Source: Candidatus Krumholzibacteriia bacterium (GTDB lineage Bacteria > Krumholzibacteriota > Krumholzibacteriia > LZORAL124-64-63). Taken from it: 64,000 nucleotides of DNA. The notes under the pieces were generated by a model that had not been told where the DNA came from, did not search any database, and saw only the letters and a list, made by a program, of their open reading frames with translations. How positions within the stretch are numbered: the first letter of the stretch is position 1; every line of letters starts with the position of its first letter. The position numbers and the translations under genes were made by a program. Shown here one piece after another: positions 9,933-20,504 of this stretch. The DNA is taken from assembly GCA_050174015.1 (NCBI GenBank), contig JBFXKG010000006.1:64001-128000 (forward strand), read 5' to 3'.

Positions 9933-10892
9933 TCAAACCCGCGACCGGAGATTCCACCGGTCATGAAACCAGACCCACTCCACGGGGTTCCCCCGCAGGA
10001 AAGCCTCGAGCCCGACGTTCCAGGCGGCGAGGAATTCCTCCAGCGGCCTGGCCGAGCCCGGATCGCCGGGGCGGGACCAGGGTTCGATCACCCCCTGGCG
10101 CCGCACCAGGTGAACCCCCGTCTCCGGATCGCGCCCCATCGCGACCGGGAGGACGGGCGTCCCCAGCCTGAGCGCCATCCGGGCCGGTCCCGCGGGGGTC
10201 GGGGCGTGGTGCCCGCAGAACGGGACGGGTGGATCGTCCCCGGCCAGGTTCTGATCCAGCAGGACCGCGGCCACGCCGCCGCCACGGAGGTGCCCCAGCA
10301 GTCCGCGGGCGCCCCGCTCCCGGGGCAGGACCCTCATTCCCAGGGCCCGCCGCCGCCCCTGGACCAGACGATCGACCGGAGGATTGTGGATCGTTCCGGT
10401 CACCACCCCAAGGGGATCCAATCCATCTTCAGCGAGGCGGAGCGCGATCCAGGCGCCCAACAGCTCCCAGCACCCGAAGTGCCCGGTCAGGATGAGCACC
10501 CCTCGCCCCCGCTGATGGAGCCGCCGCACCACCTGGACGAAGGTCTCCGGGGGTTCCCCGGGGCAGGGCTCCTCCCTCACCATACCGGAATTCCCGACCA
10601 TCCGCCCGGCCGCCAGCATGTCGAAGAGGTTGCGACCGAGGGCGAGGGCCGAACGCCTGAGCATCGCCTCCCGGTCCGGGGTCGACACCGCGGGAAATAC
10701 CAGGGCCAGGTTGTCCAGGCCGAGGCGGCGCTCCCGCCGGCGCAAGCGCAGGGCAAGGCGTCCCCAGCAGCCGCCCCAGGACCGTCCCCAGGACAGGGGA
10801 GCGGCGCGGACCAGTCCCAGGAAAGCCAGCGTCAGGAGCCAGTAGACCCGCCGGCGCAACCGGCGCGCCGGCGAAACGGGATGTCCAGCCAC
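9933..10892 (-). CDS. Lipid A late acyltransferase (LpxL/HtrB family)
   Basis: TGHFGCWE (HX4E/D), LLDQN, PFCG..APTP, WVWFHDRW. GTG at 10892 follows GAGGAGG. Confidence 0.88.
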   Translation of the reverse strand: MAGHPVSPARRLRRRVYWLLTLAFLGLVRAAPLSWGRSWGGCWGRLALRLRRRERRLGLDNLALVFPAVSTPDREAMLRRSALALGRNLFDMLAAGRMVGNSGMVREEPCPGEPPETFVQVVRRLHQRGRGVLILTGHFGCWELLGAWIALRLAEDGLDPLGVVTGTIHNPPVDRLVQGRRRALGMRVLPRERGARGLLGHLRGGGVAAVLLDQNLAGDDPPVPFCGHHAPTPAGPARMALRLGTPVLPVAMGRDPETGVHLVRRQGVIEPWSRPGDPGSARPLEEFLAAWNVGLEAFLRGNPVEWVWFHDRWNLRSRV

Positions 10893-10963
10893 CCGACCCT
10901 CCTCAGCCGATCCTGCCGGGATTCCTCCTCCGCCAAGCTTGGCGGGCAGGAAGCCGCCCGTCA

Positions 10964-10980
10964 AGCACATATTGTGCCAA
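10964..10980 (-). promoter_or_regulatory. Putative sigma-54 (-24/-12) promoter
   Basis: Minus strand TTGGCACAATATGTGCT = TGGCAC-N5-GTGCT with exact GG-N10-GC spacing, in an AT-rich intergenic region. Confidence 0.65.
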
Positions 10981-11130
10981 CCATGTAAGGCTAATGAAAA
11001 AACCAAGTTGTCGCCAGAATGGACCGGAGAAATTGAGAAATCATATGATCCCGGCAGGGCGCGGAACGACCTGGCCGCGGAAGTCAGGACGGGGCAGGAT
11101 GTTCCAGCGAGGTCGCCCCCCGGCCCGGGT

Positions 11131-12150
11131 TCAGAACAGTCCGGCCCGCAGGACGTCGTGGATGTGGAGCAGACCCAGGGGACGGTTCTCCTCGTCGGTG
11201 ACGATGAGCAGGGTCACCGGCCCCTGTTCCCGCTTCTCCATCAGCCGCAGGGCCGTCAGGGCCAGCATGTCCGCGGGGATGGTGGTGGGCCGGGGGTTCA
11301 TGACCTCGCTGATGGGGCGGTCCAGTGCGTCTTCCCGATCCAGGAGGAACCGCTTGATGTCCCCGTCGACGCAGATTCCCGCCAGCTTCCCCTCCCCGTC
11401 GACGACGCAGGTTCCGCCCAGGCGTTTGCCGACGATCTCCGGCAGGGACTGCCGCAGGGTCAGGGTGTGGCCGACCACGGGCAGTTCCGGGCCGGAGTGC
11501 ATGAGCTCCGCCACCTTGATCAGCAGCCGCCGGCCCAGCACGCCGCTGGGATGGAACAGGGCGAAGTCCTCGGACCGGAATCCCCGCATGCGGATGAGGG
11601 CGACCACGAGGGCATCCCCCATCGCCATCGCAGCCACGGCGCTGGAGGTCGGGGTCAGGTTGAGGGGGCAGGCTTCCTTCTCCACCGGGGTGTGCAGGAC
11701 GATGTGGCTGGCCAGGGCCAGCTCGGAGTCCGGTTTCCCCGTGATGGTCAGGGTGGTCATGCCGAACTGGCGGCAGCGCGCCACCAGACCCACGACCTCG
11801 GGGTTGTTGCCGCTGCGGCTGATGGAGACCAGCAGGTCGGAACCCTGGACGATGCCCAGATCGCCGTGGGCCGCCTCCACCGGGTGGATGAAGTGGCTGG
11901 GCGTACCCGTGCTGGTCAAGGTGGCCGCGAGTTTGCGGGCGATGATCCCCGACTTGCCCAGCCCCGTCACCAGGACCATGCCCTTGCAGGCGTAGAGGGT
12001 GCGGACCGCCCGGGCGAAGCCGTCGTCGAGCGAGGCGCCGACCGCGGCGACCGCCGCGGCTTCCTCCGCGAAGGCCGCGGCCCCGATGGCCACCAGCTCG
12101 GCGTCGGTGAAATCGGGATCGGGCGTCTTCGGATGCATGAATTCCTGCAC
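11131..12150 (-). CDS. kdsD: Arabinose-5-phosphate isomerase (KpsF/GutQ; SIS + CBS domains)
   Basis: TGLGKSG, HPVEAAHGDLG, EACPLNLTPTSS, FHPSGVLG, C-terminal CBS pair. Confidence 0.95.
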   Translation of the reverse strand: MQEFMHPKTPDPDFTDAELVAIGAAAFAEEAAAVAAVGASLDDGFARAVRTLYACKGMVLVTGLGKSGIIARKLAATLTSTGTPSHFIHPVEAAHGDLGIVQGSDLLVSISRSGNNPEVVGLVARCRQFGMTTLTITGKPDSELALASHIVLHTPVEKEACPLNLTPTSSAVAAMAMGDALVVALIRMRGFRSEDFALFHPSGVLGRRLLIKVAELMHSGPELPVVGHTLTLRQSLPEIVGKRLGGTCVVDGEGKLAGICVDGDIKRFLLDREDALDRPISEVMNPRPTTIPADMLALTALRLMEKREQGPVTLLIVTDEENRPLGLLHIHDVLRAGLF

Positions 12151-12153
12151 GGC

Positions 12154-12795
12154 TCACCCCTTCTCATCGGAAGAGAGATCTTCCCGGCGGGGGTGCCACG
12201 ATTCCTGACCGATCCGGACCAGCGCTTCCCCGAAGAGGCCCGAGGCCTTGAGGACCAGGTCCAGGACCTCCCGCACCGCACCCCGGCCCCCGCCCGCGGT
12301 GGTCACGTAACGGCAGCGTTCCCTGACCTCGGCCGGCGCCTCGGGGACGGTCACCGGCAGTCCGACGGCGTGCAGCACGGGCAGGTCGATCAGGTCGTCC
12401 CCCATGTACAGCGTCTCGGCAGCCCGCACCCCCGTCTCGGCCAGGATTTCCTCCAGCGCCGTCCCCTTGTCGAAGCGTCCCAGCTTGATGCTCTCGAACC
12501 GCAGCTCGCGGCACCGCCGGGCGACGATCCCGCTGTTGCGCCCGGTCAGGACGGCGCGCTTGAGCCCCACGGTCCGCGCCAGCACCAGACCCAGCCCGTC
12601 CCGGCTGTTGAATTCCTTGAGGGCCTCGCCGCCGGAACCGTAGCTGATGGCTCCGGTCGTCATGATCCCGTCGGCGTCCAGGACGACCAGCTTGATCGAC
12701 CCGAAAAGCGCGGACAGGTCCGGTCCCAGCAGAGCGCCGGCCGCGGCCATCTCCTGGGCCGGAGTCCGGTCGTACCAGGGCAGCGGGCCGCTCAT
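12154..12795 (-). CDS. kdsC: KDO-8-phosphate phosphatase (HAD family)
   Basis: LDADGIMT, FNSRDGLG, YMGDDLID, GGRGAVRE. Confidence 0.93.
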   Translation of the reverse strand: MSGPLPWYDRTPAQEMAAAGALLGPDLSALFGSIKLVVLDADGIMTTGAISYGSGGEALKEFNSRDGLGLVLARTVGLKRAVLTGRNSGIVARRCRELRFESIKLGRFDKGTALEEILAETGVRAAETLYMGDDLIDLPVLHAVGLPVTVPEAPAEVRERCRYVTTAGGGRGAVREVLDLVLKASGLFGEALVRIGQESWHPRREDLSSDEKG

Positions 12796-13628
12796 GCCTG
12801 CTCCCGCAGGTAGAGCTCACGGAACGCCTTGAGGCCCGCCACCAGGGGAGCGAAGGACTCCAGCGGCAACTGGCTGCCGGCGTCGCTCAGGGCCCGCGAG
12901 GGCTCCGGATGGACCTCGAGGAACAGGGCGTCGGCCCCGGCCGCCATGCCGCACCGGGCGAGCAGGGGGATGAGCGCCGGCTTGCCCCCGGTGGTCACGC
13001 CCGTGCTGCCGGGGGTCTGGACCGAATGGGTGGCGTCGAAGACGACCGGCCGCCCCAGGGCCCGCATGGTCTGGATGCCCCGGAAGTCCACGGTCAGGTC
13101 CCGGTACCCGAAGAAGGTGCCGCGCTCGGTGAAGAGCACCCGCCCGCAGCCGGCTGTCTCGAGCTTGCCGGCCACGTGGCCCATGTCCTCGGGCGCGAGG
13201 AACTGCCCCTTCTTGACGTTGACCACGCGCCCGGTCCGGGCGGCGGCCTCCAGCAGCGAGGTCTGGCGGCACATGAACGCGGGGATCTGGAGGACGTCGG
13301 CGACCTCCGCGACCGCCGCGGCCTCGTCGGGATGGTGGATGTCCGTCAGGACGGGCGCCCCCACGGAGTCCTTGATCCGCTGCAGCAGCCGCAACCCCTC
13401 CTCCAGGCCCGGTCCCCGGTAGGAGTCGGCGCTCGTGCGGTTGTCCTTCCGGTAGCTCGACTTGAAGCAGTAGCCCAGCCCGAGTCCCCGGCAGGCGGCG
13501 GCCAGTCGCTCGGCGACGGCGAGCATCTCGTCGGGATCCTCGAGGACGCAGGGGCCCGCGATGACGTACAGGGGCTCGCCGTGACCGATGCGGCGATCAG
13601 CCAGGACGATGGGAACGGCGAGGGACAT
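12792..13628 (-). CDS. kdsA: KDO-8-phosphate synthase
   Basis: IAGPCVLE, KDNRTS, QIPAFMCRQT, KKGQF, DATHSVQ. Confidence 0.97.
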   Translation of the reverse strand: MSLAVPIVLADRRIGHGEPLYVIAGPCVLEDPDEMLAVAERLAAACRGLGLGYCFKSSYRKDNRTSADSYRGPGLEEGLRLLQRIKDSVGAPVLTDIHHPDEAAAVAEVADVLQIPAFMCRQTSLLEAAARTGRVVNVKKGQFLAPEDMGHVAGKLETAGCGRVLFTERGTFFGYRDLTVDFRGIQTMRALGRPVVFDATHSVQTPGSTGVTTGGKPALIPLLARCGMAAGADALFLEVHPEPSRALSDAGSQLPLESFAPLVAGLKAFRELYLREQA

Positions 13629-13642
13629 GACCGACTCCTGGG

Positions 13643-15298
<1,656 letters not shown>

Positions 15299-15331
15299 GG
15301 TATCCTTTCCTTGCCGGAGTCGATCCCGGGC

Positions 15332-16102
15332 TCAGGGACGGCCTGCGCCCCCCGGCCAGATCCTGCGGACTTCCTCGAGGTCCTCCGGGGTGTCCACGCC
15401 CACCGGCGCGCCCCCGATCACGGTCACGCCGATCCTGCCCCCGTGTTCCATGATCCGCAGCTGCTCGAGTCCTTCCTGCCGTTCGAGGGCTCCCGGTTCG
15501 AGCCCGGGGAAGCGCAGCAGGGCCTCGCGCCTGAAGGCGTAGATGCCCACGTGCCTCAGCGCCGCCCGGTGGGCGGGGGCGTCCCTGCCGGGAAAGGTAC
15601 CCGGGATGGGCGCGCGGGAAAAGTACAAAGCCACGCCCTGCCGGTCGACCAGCACCTTGACCGCGTTGGGATCGCTCCAGAGGCGCTCGCCAGGGAACGG
15701 ATGGGCGCAGGTGGCGACCTCGAGATCCGGGTCCTCCCGCAACCTGCGGATGAGCCCTCCCGCGGCGGCGGGATCCAGGAGCGGCTCGTCTCCCTGGAGG
15801 TTGACCACGATGCCGGCCTCGCTGGACCGGGCGACCTCGGCCACCCGCTCGGTCCCGGTGGGGTGCGGGCCCGTCATGACCGCCCGGTAACCGGCCCCGG
15901 CGACGGCGGCGAGGATCCGCTCGTCGTCCGTGGCGACGACGATCTCGTCGGCTTCCGGGATCCTGGCGGCGTTCTCCACCACCCTGACGATCAGGGGACG
16001 CCCGCCCAGGTCGGCCAGGGCCTTGCCGGGAAACCGGGTGGAGCCGTATCGGGCGGGAATGACCACCAGGCTGCGGTCGGCGGCTTCGGCGGGAGGGATC
16101 AT
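15332..16102 (-). CDS. kdsB: CMP-KDO synthetase
   Basis: IPARYGSTRFPGK, NLQGDEP, LYFSRAPIP, HVGIYAF, LEQLR. Confidence 0.96.
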   Translation of the reverse strand: MIPPAEAADRSLVVIPARYGSTRFPGKALADLGGRPLIVRVVENAARIPEADEIVVATDDERILAAVAGAGYRAVMTGPHPTGTERVAEVARSSEAGIVVNLQGDEPLLDPAAAGGLIRRLREDPDLEVATCAHPFPGERLWSDPNAVKVLVDRQGVALYFSRAPIPGTFPGRDAPAHRAALRHVGIYAFRREALLRFPGLEPGALERQEGLEQLRIMEHGGRIGVTVIGGAPVGVDTPEDLEEVRRIWPGGAGRP

Positions 16103-16134
16103 GGTTCGCTCACCTCATTCATTCCGGTCCAACG

Positions 16135-16164
16135 AGAGAAGCCCGCCCCTTGCGGAGCGGGCTC
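16135..16164 (-). terminator. Putative intrinsic terminator after rpmA
   Basis: Minus strand AGCCCGCTCC-GCAA-GGGGCGGGCT followed by a weak TCTCTC tail. Confidence 0.5.
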
Positions 16165-16187
16165 GCGACCAGGTACTGCGCCCATCC

Positions 16188-16442
16188 CTAGAAGGGCTGG
16201 ATGCGGACCCGCTTTTTCGTTCCCCGGAAATCCTCGAAAACCACCGTTCCGTCGACCAGGGCGAACAGGGTGTCGTCCCCGCCCTTGCCGACGTTCACCC
16301 CGGGATGGATGCGGGTGCCGCGCTGGCGGACGATGATGGTGCCCGCCTGGACGGCCTGGCCGCCGAAGCGCTTCACGCCCAGGTTCTGGGGATTGGAATC
16401 GCGGCCGTTCCGCGTGCTTCCGCCTGCTTTCTTGTGAGCCAT
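16188..16442 (-). CDS. rpmA: 50S ribosomal protein L27
   Basis: [24 protein letters not shown]. Confidence 0.98.
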   Translation of the reverse strand: MAHKKAGGSTRNGRDSNPQNLGVKRFGGQAVQAGTIIVRQRGTRIHPGVNVGKGGDDTLFALVDGTVVFEDFRGTKKRVRIQPF

Positions 16443-16510
16443 GGTTCGCTCCTTGTTCTTCTGCGCCGATCCTGGCCGACCCGGCCCCGGCGAAATCCTG
16501 ACCAGACCGC

Positions 16511-16822
16511 CTAGACGGTGATTTCCGTGATCCTGATCGCAGTGAAGTGCTGCCGGTGACCGTTCTTGCGGCGGTAGTTCTTGCGGCGCTTCTTCTTGAA
16601 CACGATGATCTTGCGGCTGCGACCGTGTTCCACGATCTCGGCGGCCACGCTGGCGCCGGCGACGTTGGGGGTGCCGACCTGGATCCGGTCACCATCGGCG
16701 ACCAGCATCACATCGGCGAACGTCACCGCGGCCCCGACTTCCTCGGCGAGCAGGGGGACCTGCAACTCGGCGCCGGGAGTGACCCGGAACTGCTGGTTCT
16801 TGATCTTGACGACCGCGTACAT
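16511..16822 (-). CDS. rplU: 50S ribosomal protein L21
   Basis: [14 protein letters not shown]...[16 protein letters not shown]; start at ATG 16822. Confidence 0.97.
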   Translation of the reverse strand: MYAVVKIKNQQFRVTPGAELQVPLLAEEVGAAVTFADVMLVADGDRIQVGTPNVAGASVAAEIVEHGRSRKIIVFKKKRRKNYRRKNGHRQHFTAIRITEITV

Positions 16823-16930
16823 CGCGTTTCTCTCCGCAGGCTGAATCGAATGACCCGTACCGGGGGCCCGCCCCGGCGCACGAATGTGCCCCGGGAAGGC
16901 GCGGCCTTCCGGAACCACGTAAGGCGAACA

Positions 16931-16958
16931 ATTATAAGCAATCCTGTCCCCGCGTCAA
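16931..16958 (-). promoter_or_regulatory. sigma70-type promoter of rplU-rpmA
   Basis: TTGACG-N16-TATAAT on the minus strand. Confidence 0.75.
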
Positions 16959-16995
16959 GAATTCCTGCATGAATTTCCGACAAGCCCCATTCAGG

Positions 16996-17023
16996 TTGAC
17001 AACAGTTGCGAAATTCGTAAGAT
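16996..17023 (+). promoter_or_regulatory. sigma70-type promoter of trxB (divergent from rplU)
   Basis: TTGACA-N16-TAAGAT. Confidence 0.7.
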
Positions 17024-17079
17024 ATCCGGACATCATTGAACAAGTGATTGCACCTTCCAGACCAGGAGTTTGAACGGAA

Positions 17080-18021
17080 ATGAGCGAAACCGCCGCCCCC
17101 AAGGTCATCATCATCGGATCCGGCCCCGCCGGTTTCACCGCCGGGATCTACCTGGGCCGGGCCAACCTGCCCAACCTGCTGTTCGAGGGCGACCAGCCCG
17201 GCGGCCAGTTGACCATCACCACCGACGTGGAGAACTACCCTGGATTCCCCGACGGCATCGAGGGTCCCGAACTCATGATGAAGTTCCGGGCGCAGGCCCA
17301 GCGCTTCGGAACGGTCATCAAGAGCGAAACGGTCACCTCCGTGGACCTCCAGAGCCGCCCCTTCAGGGTGACCACCAGCAAGGGCGAGTACACCGCGCCC
17401 GCCGTGATCATCGCCACCGGCAGCACCGCCCGCTGGCTCGGCCTGCCCGACGAGGAGAAGTTCCACGGCAAGGGCCTGAGCGCCTGCGCCACCTGCGACG
17501 GCTTCTTCTTCCGCGGCCAGGACGTCGCTGTCGTCGGGGGTGGCGACACCGCCCTGGAGGAAGCCACCTACCTGACGAACTTCGCCACCAAGGTGACGCT
17601 GATCCACCGGCGGGACGAACTGCGGGGATCGAAGATCATGCAGGACCGCGCCCTGGCTCATCCCAAGATCGAGATGGCCTGGAACAGCGTCATCGACCGT
17701 TATCTGCCCGACGATCAGGGCAGCCTCAAGGGGCTGGTCCTGAAGGACACCCGGGACGGGTCGACCCGGGAACTGGACGTGACCGGCTGTTTCATCGCCA
17801 TCGGGCACACCCCCAACACCGGGTTCCTCGACGGGCAACTCGAGACCGACGAGAACGGTTACCTGATCACCCGCGACAACAGCACCGCCACCGCCATTGC
17901 GGGCGTCTTCGCGGCGGGGGACGTCCAGGACCACGTCTACCGGCAGGCCGTCACCTCTGCGGGAACCGGCTGCATGGCCGCCATCGAGGCGGAACGCTGG
18001 CTGGGCGAACACGATTCGTAG
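17080..18021 (+). CDS. trxB: Thioredoxin-disulfide reductase
   Basis: GSGPAG, VENYPGF, CATCDG redox motif, GGGDTA, HRRDELR, FAAGDV. Confidence 0.98.
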   Translation: MSETAAPKVIIIGSGPAGFTAGIYLGRANLPNLLFEGDQPGGQLTITTDVENYPGFPDGIEGPELMMKFRAQAQRFGTVIKSETVTSVDLQSRPFRVTTSKGEYTAPAVIIATGSTARWLGLPDEEKFHGKGLSACATCDGFFFRGQDVAVVGGGDTALEEATYLTNFATKVTLIHRRDELRGSKIMQDRALAHPKIEMAWNSVIDRYLPDDQGSLKGLVLKDTRDGSTRELDVTGCFIAIGHTPNTGFLDGQLETDENGYLITRDNSTATAIAGVFAAGDVQDHVYRQAVTSAGTGCMAAIEAERWLGEHDS

Positions 18022-18098
18022 AAGGGGCCGCGGCCCCCGGGACCCTGGTTTCCGGACCCCCGCTCAGGCCAGCGGGCGGCGGGCAGGAGGTAACGACG

Positions 18099-18497
18099 GT
18101 GGTTTCAAGCATGCAACGGCGGCTGGGCATCGGAATCCTGCTCGGATTCCTGGTCGTCCTCGCACTGGTCTTCATGATCGTGCGGGGCAAGATGAAGCAC
18201 GACCTTTGGGAGATCACCAGTCTCGCCAACATGGCCTACATGGAATCCGACGAACCCGTGGAAGCCCTGCTGGTCTGGATCCAGTCCCCCCAGCACCACC
18301 TCGAGGAGCGCAACCGGGGGGTCTGGGCGCTGGGACAGCTTCGCGACCCCCGCGCCCTCACCGTTCTGGAGCGGTACCATCACGGCGGGGAATGCGATCA
18401 CGAGCACGAACTCTGTCAGAGGGAACTCGAGAAGGCCATCAGGATGATCAAGGGCGAGGGCATCGATCTCGTCCGCCTGCCGCCGCCGGAGGAATGA
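18099..18497 (+). CDS. Small membrane-anchored hypothetical protein with a HEAT-like motif
   Basis: AGGAGG RBS then GTG at 18099; N-terminal TM helix; RNRGVWALGQLRDPRAL; CDHEHELCQRELEKAI. It is the 3' part of track ORF 17070..18497. Confidence 0.7.
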   Translation: MVSSMQRRLGIGILLGFLVVLALVFMIVRGKMKHDLWEITSLANMAYMESDEPVEALLVWIQSPQHHLEERNRGVWALGQLRDPRALTVLERYHHGGECDHEHELCQRELEKAIRMIKGEGIDLVRLPPPEE

Positions 18498-18536
18498 GGT
18501 CTCCGGCAAGCCTGGAAAGCAATGGAACCGGTCGCA

Positions 18537-18608
18537 TCGGCGGGCACGGAAACGGCCTCAGGACGAGTGCGAAGCTGCCAATCCTGAGGCCGTTTCCGCG
18601 CCCGCCGA
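18537..18608. repeat. 27-bp inverted repeat (1 mismatch, 18-nt loop) between convergent genes
   Basis: TCGGCGGGCACGGAAACGGCCTCAGGA ... TCCTGAGGCCGTTTCCGCGCCCGCCGA. Confidence 0.85.
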
Positions 18609-18613
18609 AAGAA

Positions 18614-19168
18614 TCAGTTCCAGGGCTTCTCGCGGATCAGGGTGAGGAACTCGCCGCGGGTCTTGGGGTCGTTCTTGAAGCAACCCAGCATCTCGCTGGT
18701 CACCGCATAGGAATTCTGCTTCTGGACCCCCCGCATCATCATGCACAGGTGCTGGGCGTGCAGGACGACCGCCACCCCCAGGGGCTCGAGGTTCTCCATG
18801 AGGCAGGAGGCGATCTGGGCCGTCATGCGCTCCTGGACCTGCAGCCTCCGCGCATGGGCCTCGACCACGCGGGCGATCTTGCTGAGGCCGACGATCTTGC
18901 CGTCGGGGATGTAGGCCACGTGGGCCTTGCCGAAGAACGGCAACATGTGGTGCTCGCAGACCGAGTAGAAATCGATGTCGTTGACCACGACCATCTCCTT
19001 GCCCTCGGCGGTGAACAGCGCCTTGCGCACCATGGCCCCGGGGTCCATGGCGTAGCCCCCGGTGATCTCCCCCCAGGCGCGGGCGACCCTCTCGGGCGTC
19101 TTGAGGAGACCTTCCCGGTCAGGGTCCTCCCCGATGTGCTCCAGCATGCTCCTGATCAGGTGTTCCAT
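18614..19168 (-). CDS. folE: GTP cyclohydrolase I
   Basis: [47 protein letters not shown]. Confidence 0.97.
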   Translation of the reverse strand: MEHLIRSMLEHIGEDPDREGLLKTPERVARAWGEITGGYAMDPGAMVRKALFTAEGKEMVVVNDIDFYSVCEHHMLPFFGKAHVAYIPDGKIVGLSKIARVVEAHARRLQVQERMTAQIASCLMENLEPLGVAVVLHAQHLCMMMRGVQKQNSYAVTSEMLGCFKNDPKTRGEFLTLIREKPWN

Positions 19169-19518
19169 GGAACGCTCCGGGGCCGGACGGCCGGCCTTGC
19201 AGTTTGCACCCAGTGTTCGAGAGGCTCCCGCGGGAGCCGCAGGTTAGGCCATCCAAAATAGTCCCCATCGGCCCGGAACACCAAACCGGACCCTGGACCT
19301 TCCCCCTTTCGTCCGCGCCGAGGCGGGCACGCAAGCTGCTACCTCCCGGCCAGGGCGACATCACCCGGGCGGTTTGCAACCCAAGGGCTGGCCCGCTTTC
19401 CCGGAATCGGCGCACGCGCTCCCCCCGCTGCGCCGGTAGTGGAGGCCAGCCCTTGATCCCCCCGTTTCACCTATCCGTAAACTATGAAATTACAAATCAT
19501 TATCACAGACATCCCTCC

Positions 19519-19546
19519 TTGCTTTACCCCCCTTGGAACATAAATT
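19519..19546 (+). promoter_or_regulatory. Putative sigma70-type promoter of nfnAB
   Basis: TTGCTT-N16-TAAATT, downstream of an AT-rich tract. Confidence 0.5.
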
Positions 19547-19625
19547 TTCCCGGTAGGCCGGGTTCCCCTGGAACCGCCCCGCTTCGTATTCCGCCTGCAG
19601 ACATGTTCATGACAAGGAGCCTGCC

Positions 19626-20492
19626 GTGGGGAACAAGATCGTCTACTCCAAGGAGCTCGCGCCCCAGACGAAGCTCATCGAGGTCGAGGCCGACCACGTC
19701 GCCCGCAGGGGCAAGGCCGGCCAGTTCATCATCCTGCGCGTCAACGACGAGGGTGAGCGCATCCCGCTGACCATCGCGAACCGCAATCCCGACCGGGGGA
19801 CGATCACGCTGGTCTACCAGGTGGTCGGCAAGACGACCGAGATGCTGGCGGCGCTCGACGTCGGGGATGAGATCCACGACCTGGCCGGCCCCCTGGGCAA
19901 GGCCACCGCCATTCCGACGGGCAAGACGGTGGTCTGCGCGGGCGGTGGCATCGGCAACGCGGTGGTGTGGCCCCAGGTCCAGGCCCTGAAGGCAGCCGGC
20001 AACCGGACCATCGCCATCCTCGGCGCCCGCAACAGGAGCCTGCTGATCCTCGAGGATGAGATCAGGGCCCTCGCCGACGAGACCATCATCACCACCGACG
20101 ACGGCAGCTACGGCAGGAAGGGCATGGTCACGCACGCCCTCGACGAGCTGATCGAGCGCGGCGAGAAGATCGACGAGGTCATCACCATCGGCCCGGTGGT
20201 CATGATGAAGTTCGTCTGCAAGACCACCCAGCCCCACGGCATCCCCACCCAGGCCTCCCTGAATCCCATCATGGTGGACGGCACCGGGATGTGCGGCGCC
20301 TGCCGGGTGACCGTGGGCGGCGAGACCCGGTTCGCCTGCGTGGAGGGACCCGAGTTCGACGGCCACCAGGTGGACTTCGACGAGCTGATCACCCGCCTGA
20401 ACTACTACAAGCCCGAGGAGCAGGTCTCCCTCAACGAACACCACCGGTGCAGGCTGGAAACGGCCGCCGACAACCTCAAGCGCGGCGAGTAA
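19626..20492 (+). CDS. nfnA: NADH-dependent reduced ferredoxin:NADP+ oxidoreductase small subunit (NfnA/SudB-like)
   Basis: GQFIILR..ERIPLT, GPLG, MVDGTGMCGACRV...CVEGPEF (Asp/Cys [2Fe-2S] motif). Confidence 0.88.
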   Translation: MGNKIVYSKELAPQTKLIEVEADHVARRGKAGQFIILRVNDEGERIPLTIANRNPDRGTITLVYQVVGKTTEMLAALDVGDEIHDLAGPLGKATAIPTGKTVVCAGGGIGNAVVWPQVQALKAAGNRTIAILGARNRSLLILEDEIRALADETIITTDDGSYGRKGMVTHALDELIERGEKIDEVITIGPVVMMKFVCKTTQPHGIPTQASLNPIMVDGTGMCGACRVTVGGETRFACVEGPEFDGHQVDFDELITRLNYYKPEEQVSLNEHHRCRLETAADNLKRGE

Positions 20493-20504
20493 GGGAGGAC
20501 CGTC

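Noticed and set aside
16825..16925. Possible L21 leader RNA upstream of rplU
   Set aside because: Small hairpins are present (e.g. GGAAGGC-GCG-GCCTTCC) but cannot be matched to the family by eye.
19325..19370. Minus-strand GCCCTGGCCGGGAGGTAGCAGC resembling the SRP RNA domain IV loop
   Set aside because: The conserved CAGG is absent (CCTG here) and no long flanking helix is evident; not called without an Rfam hit.
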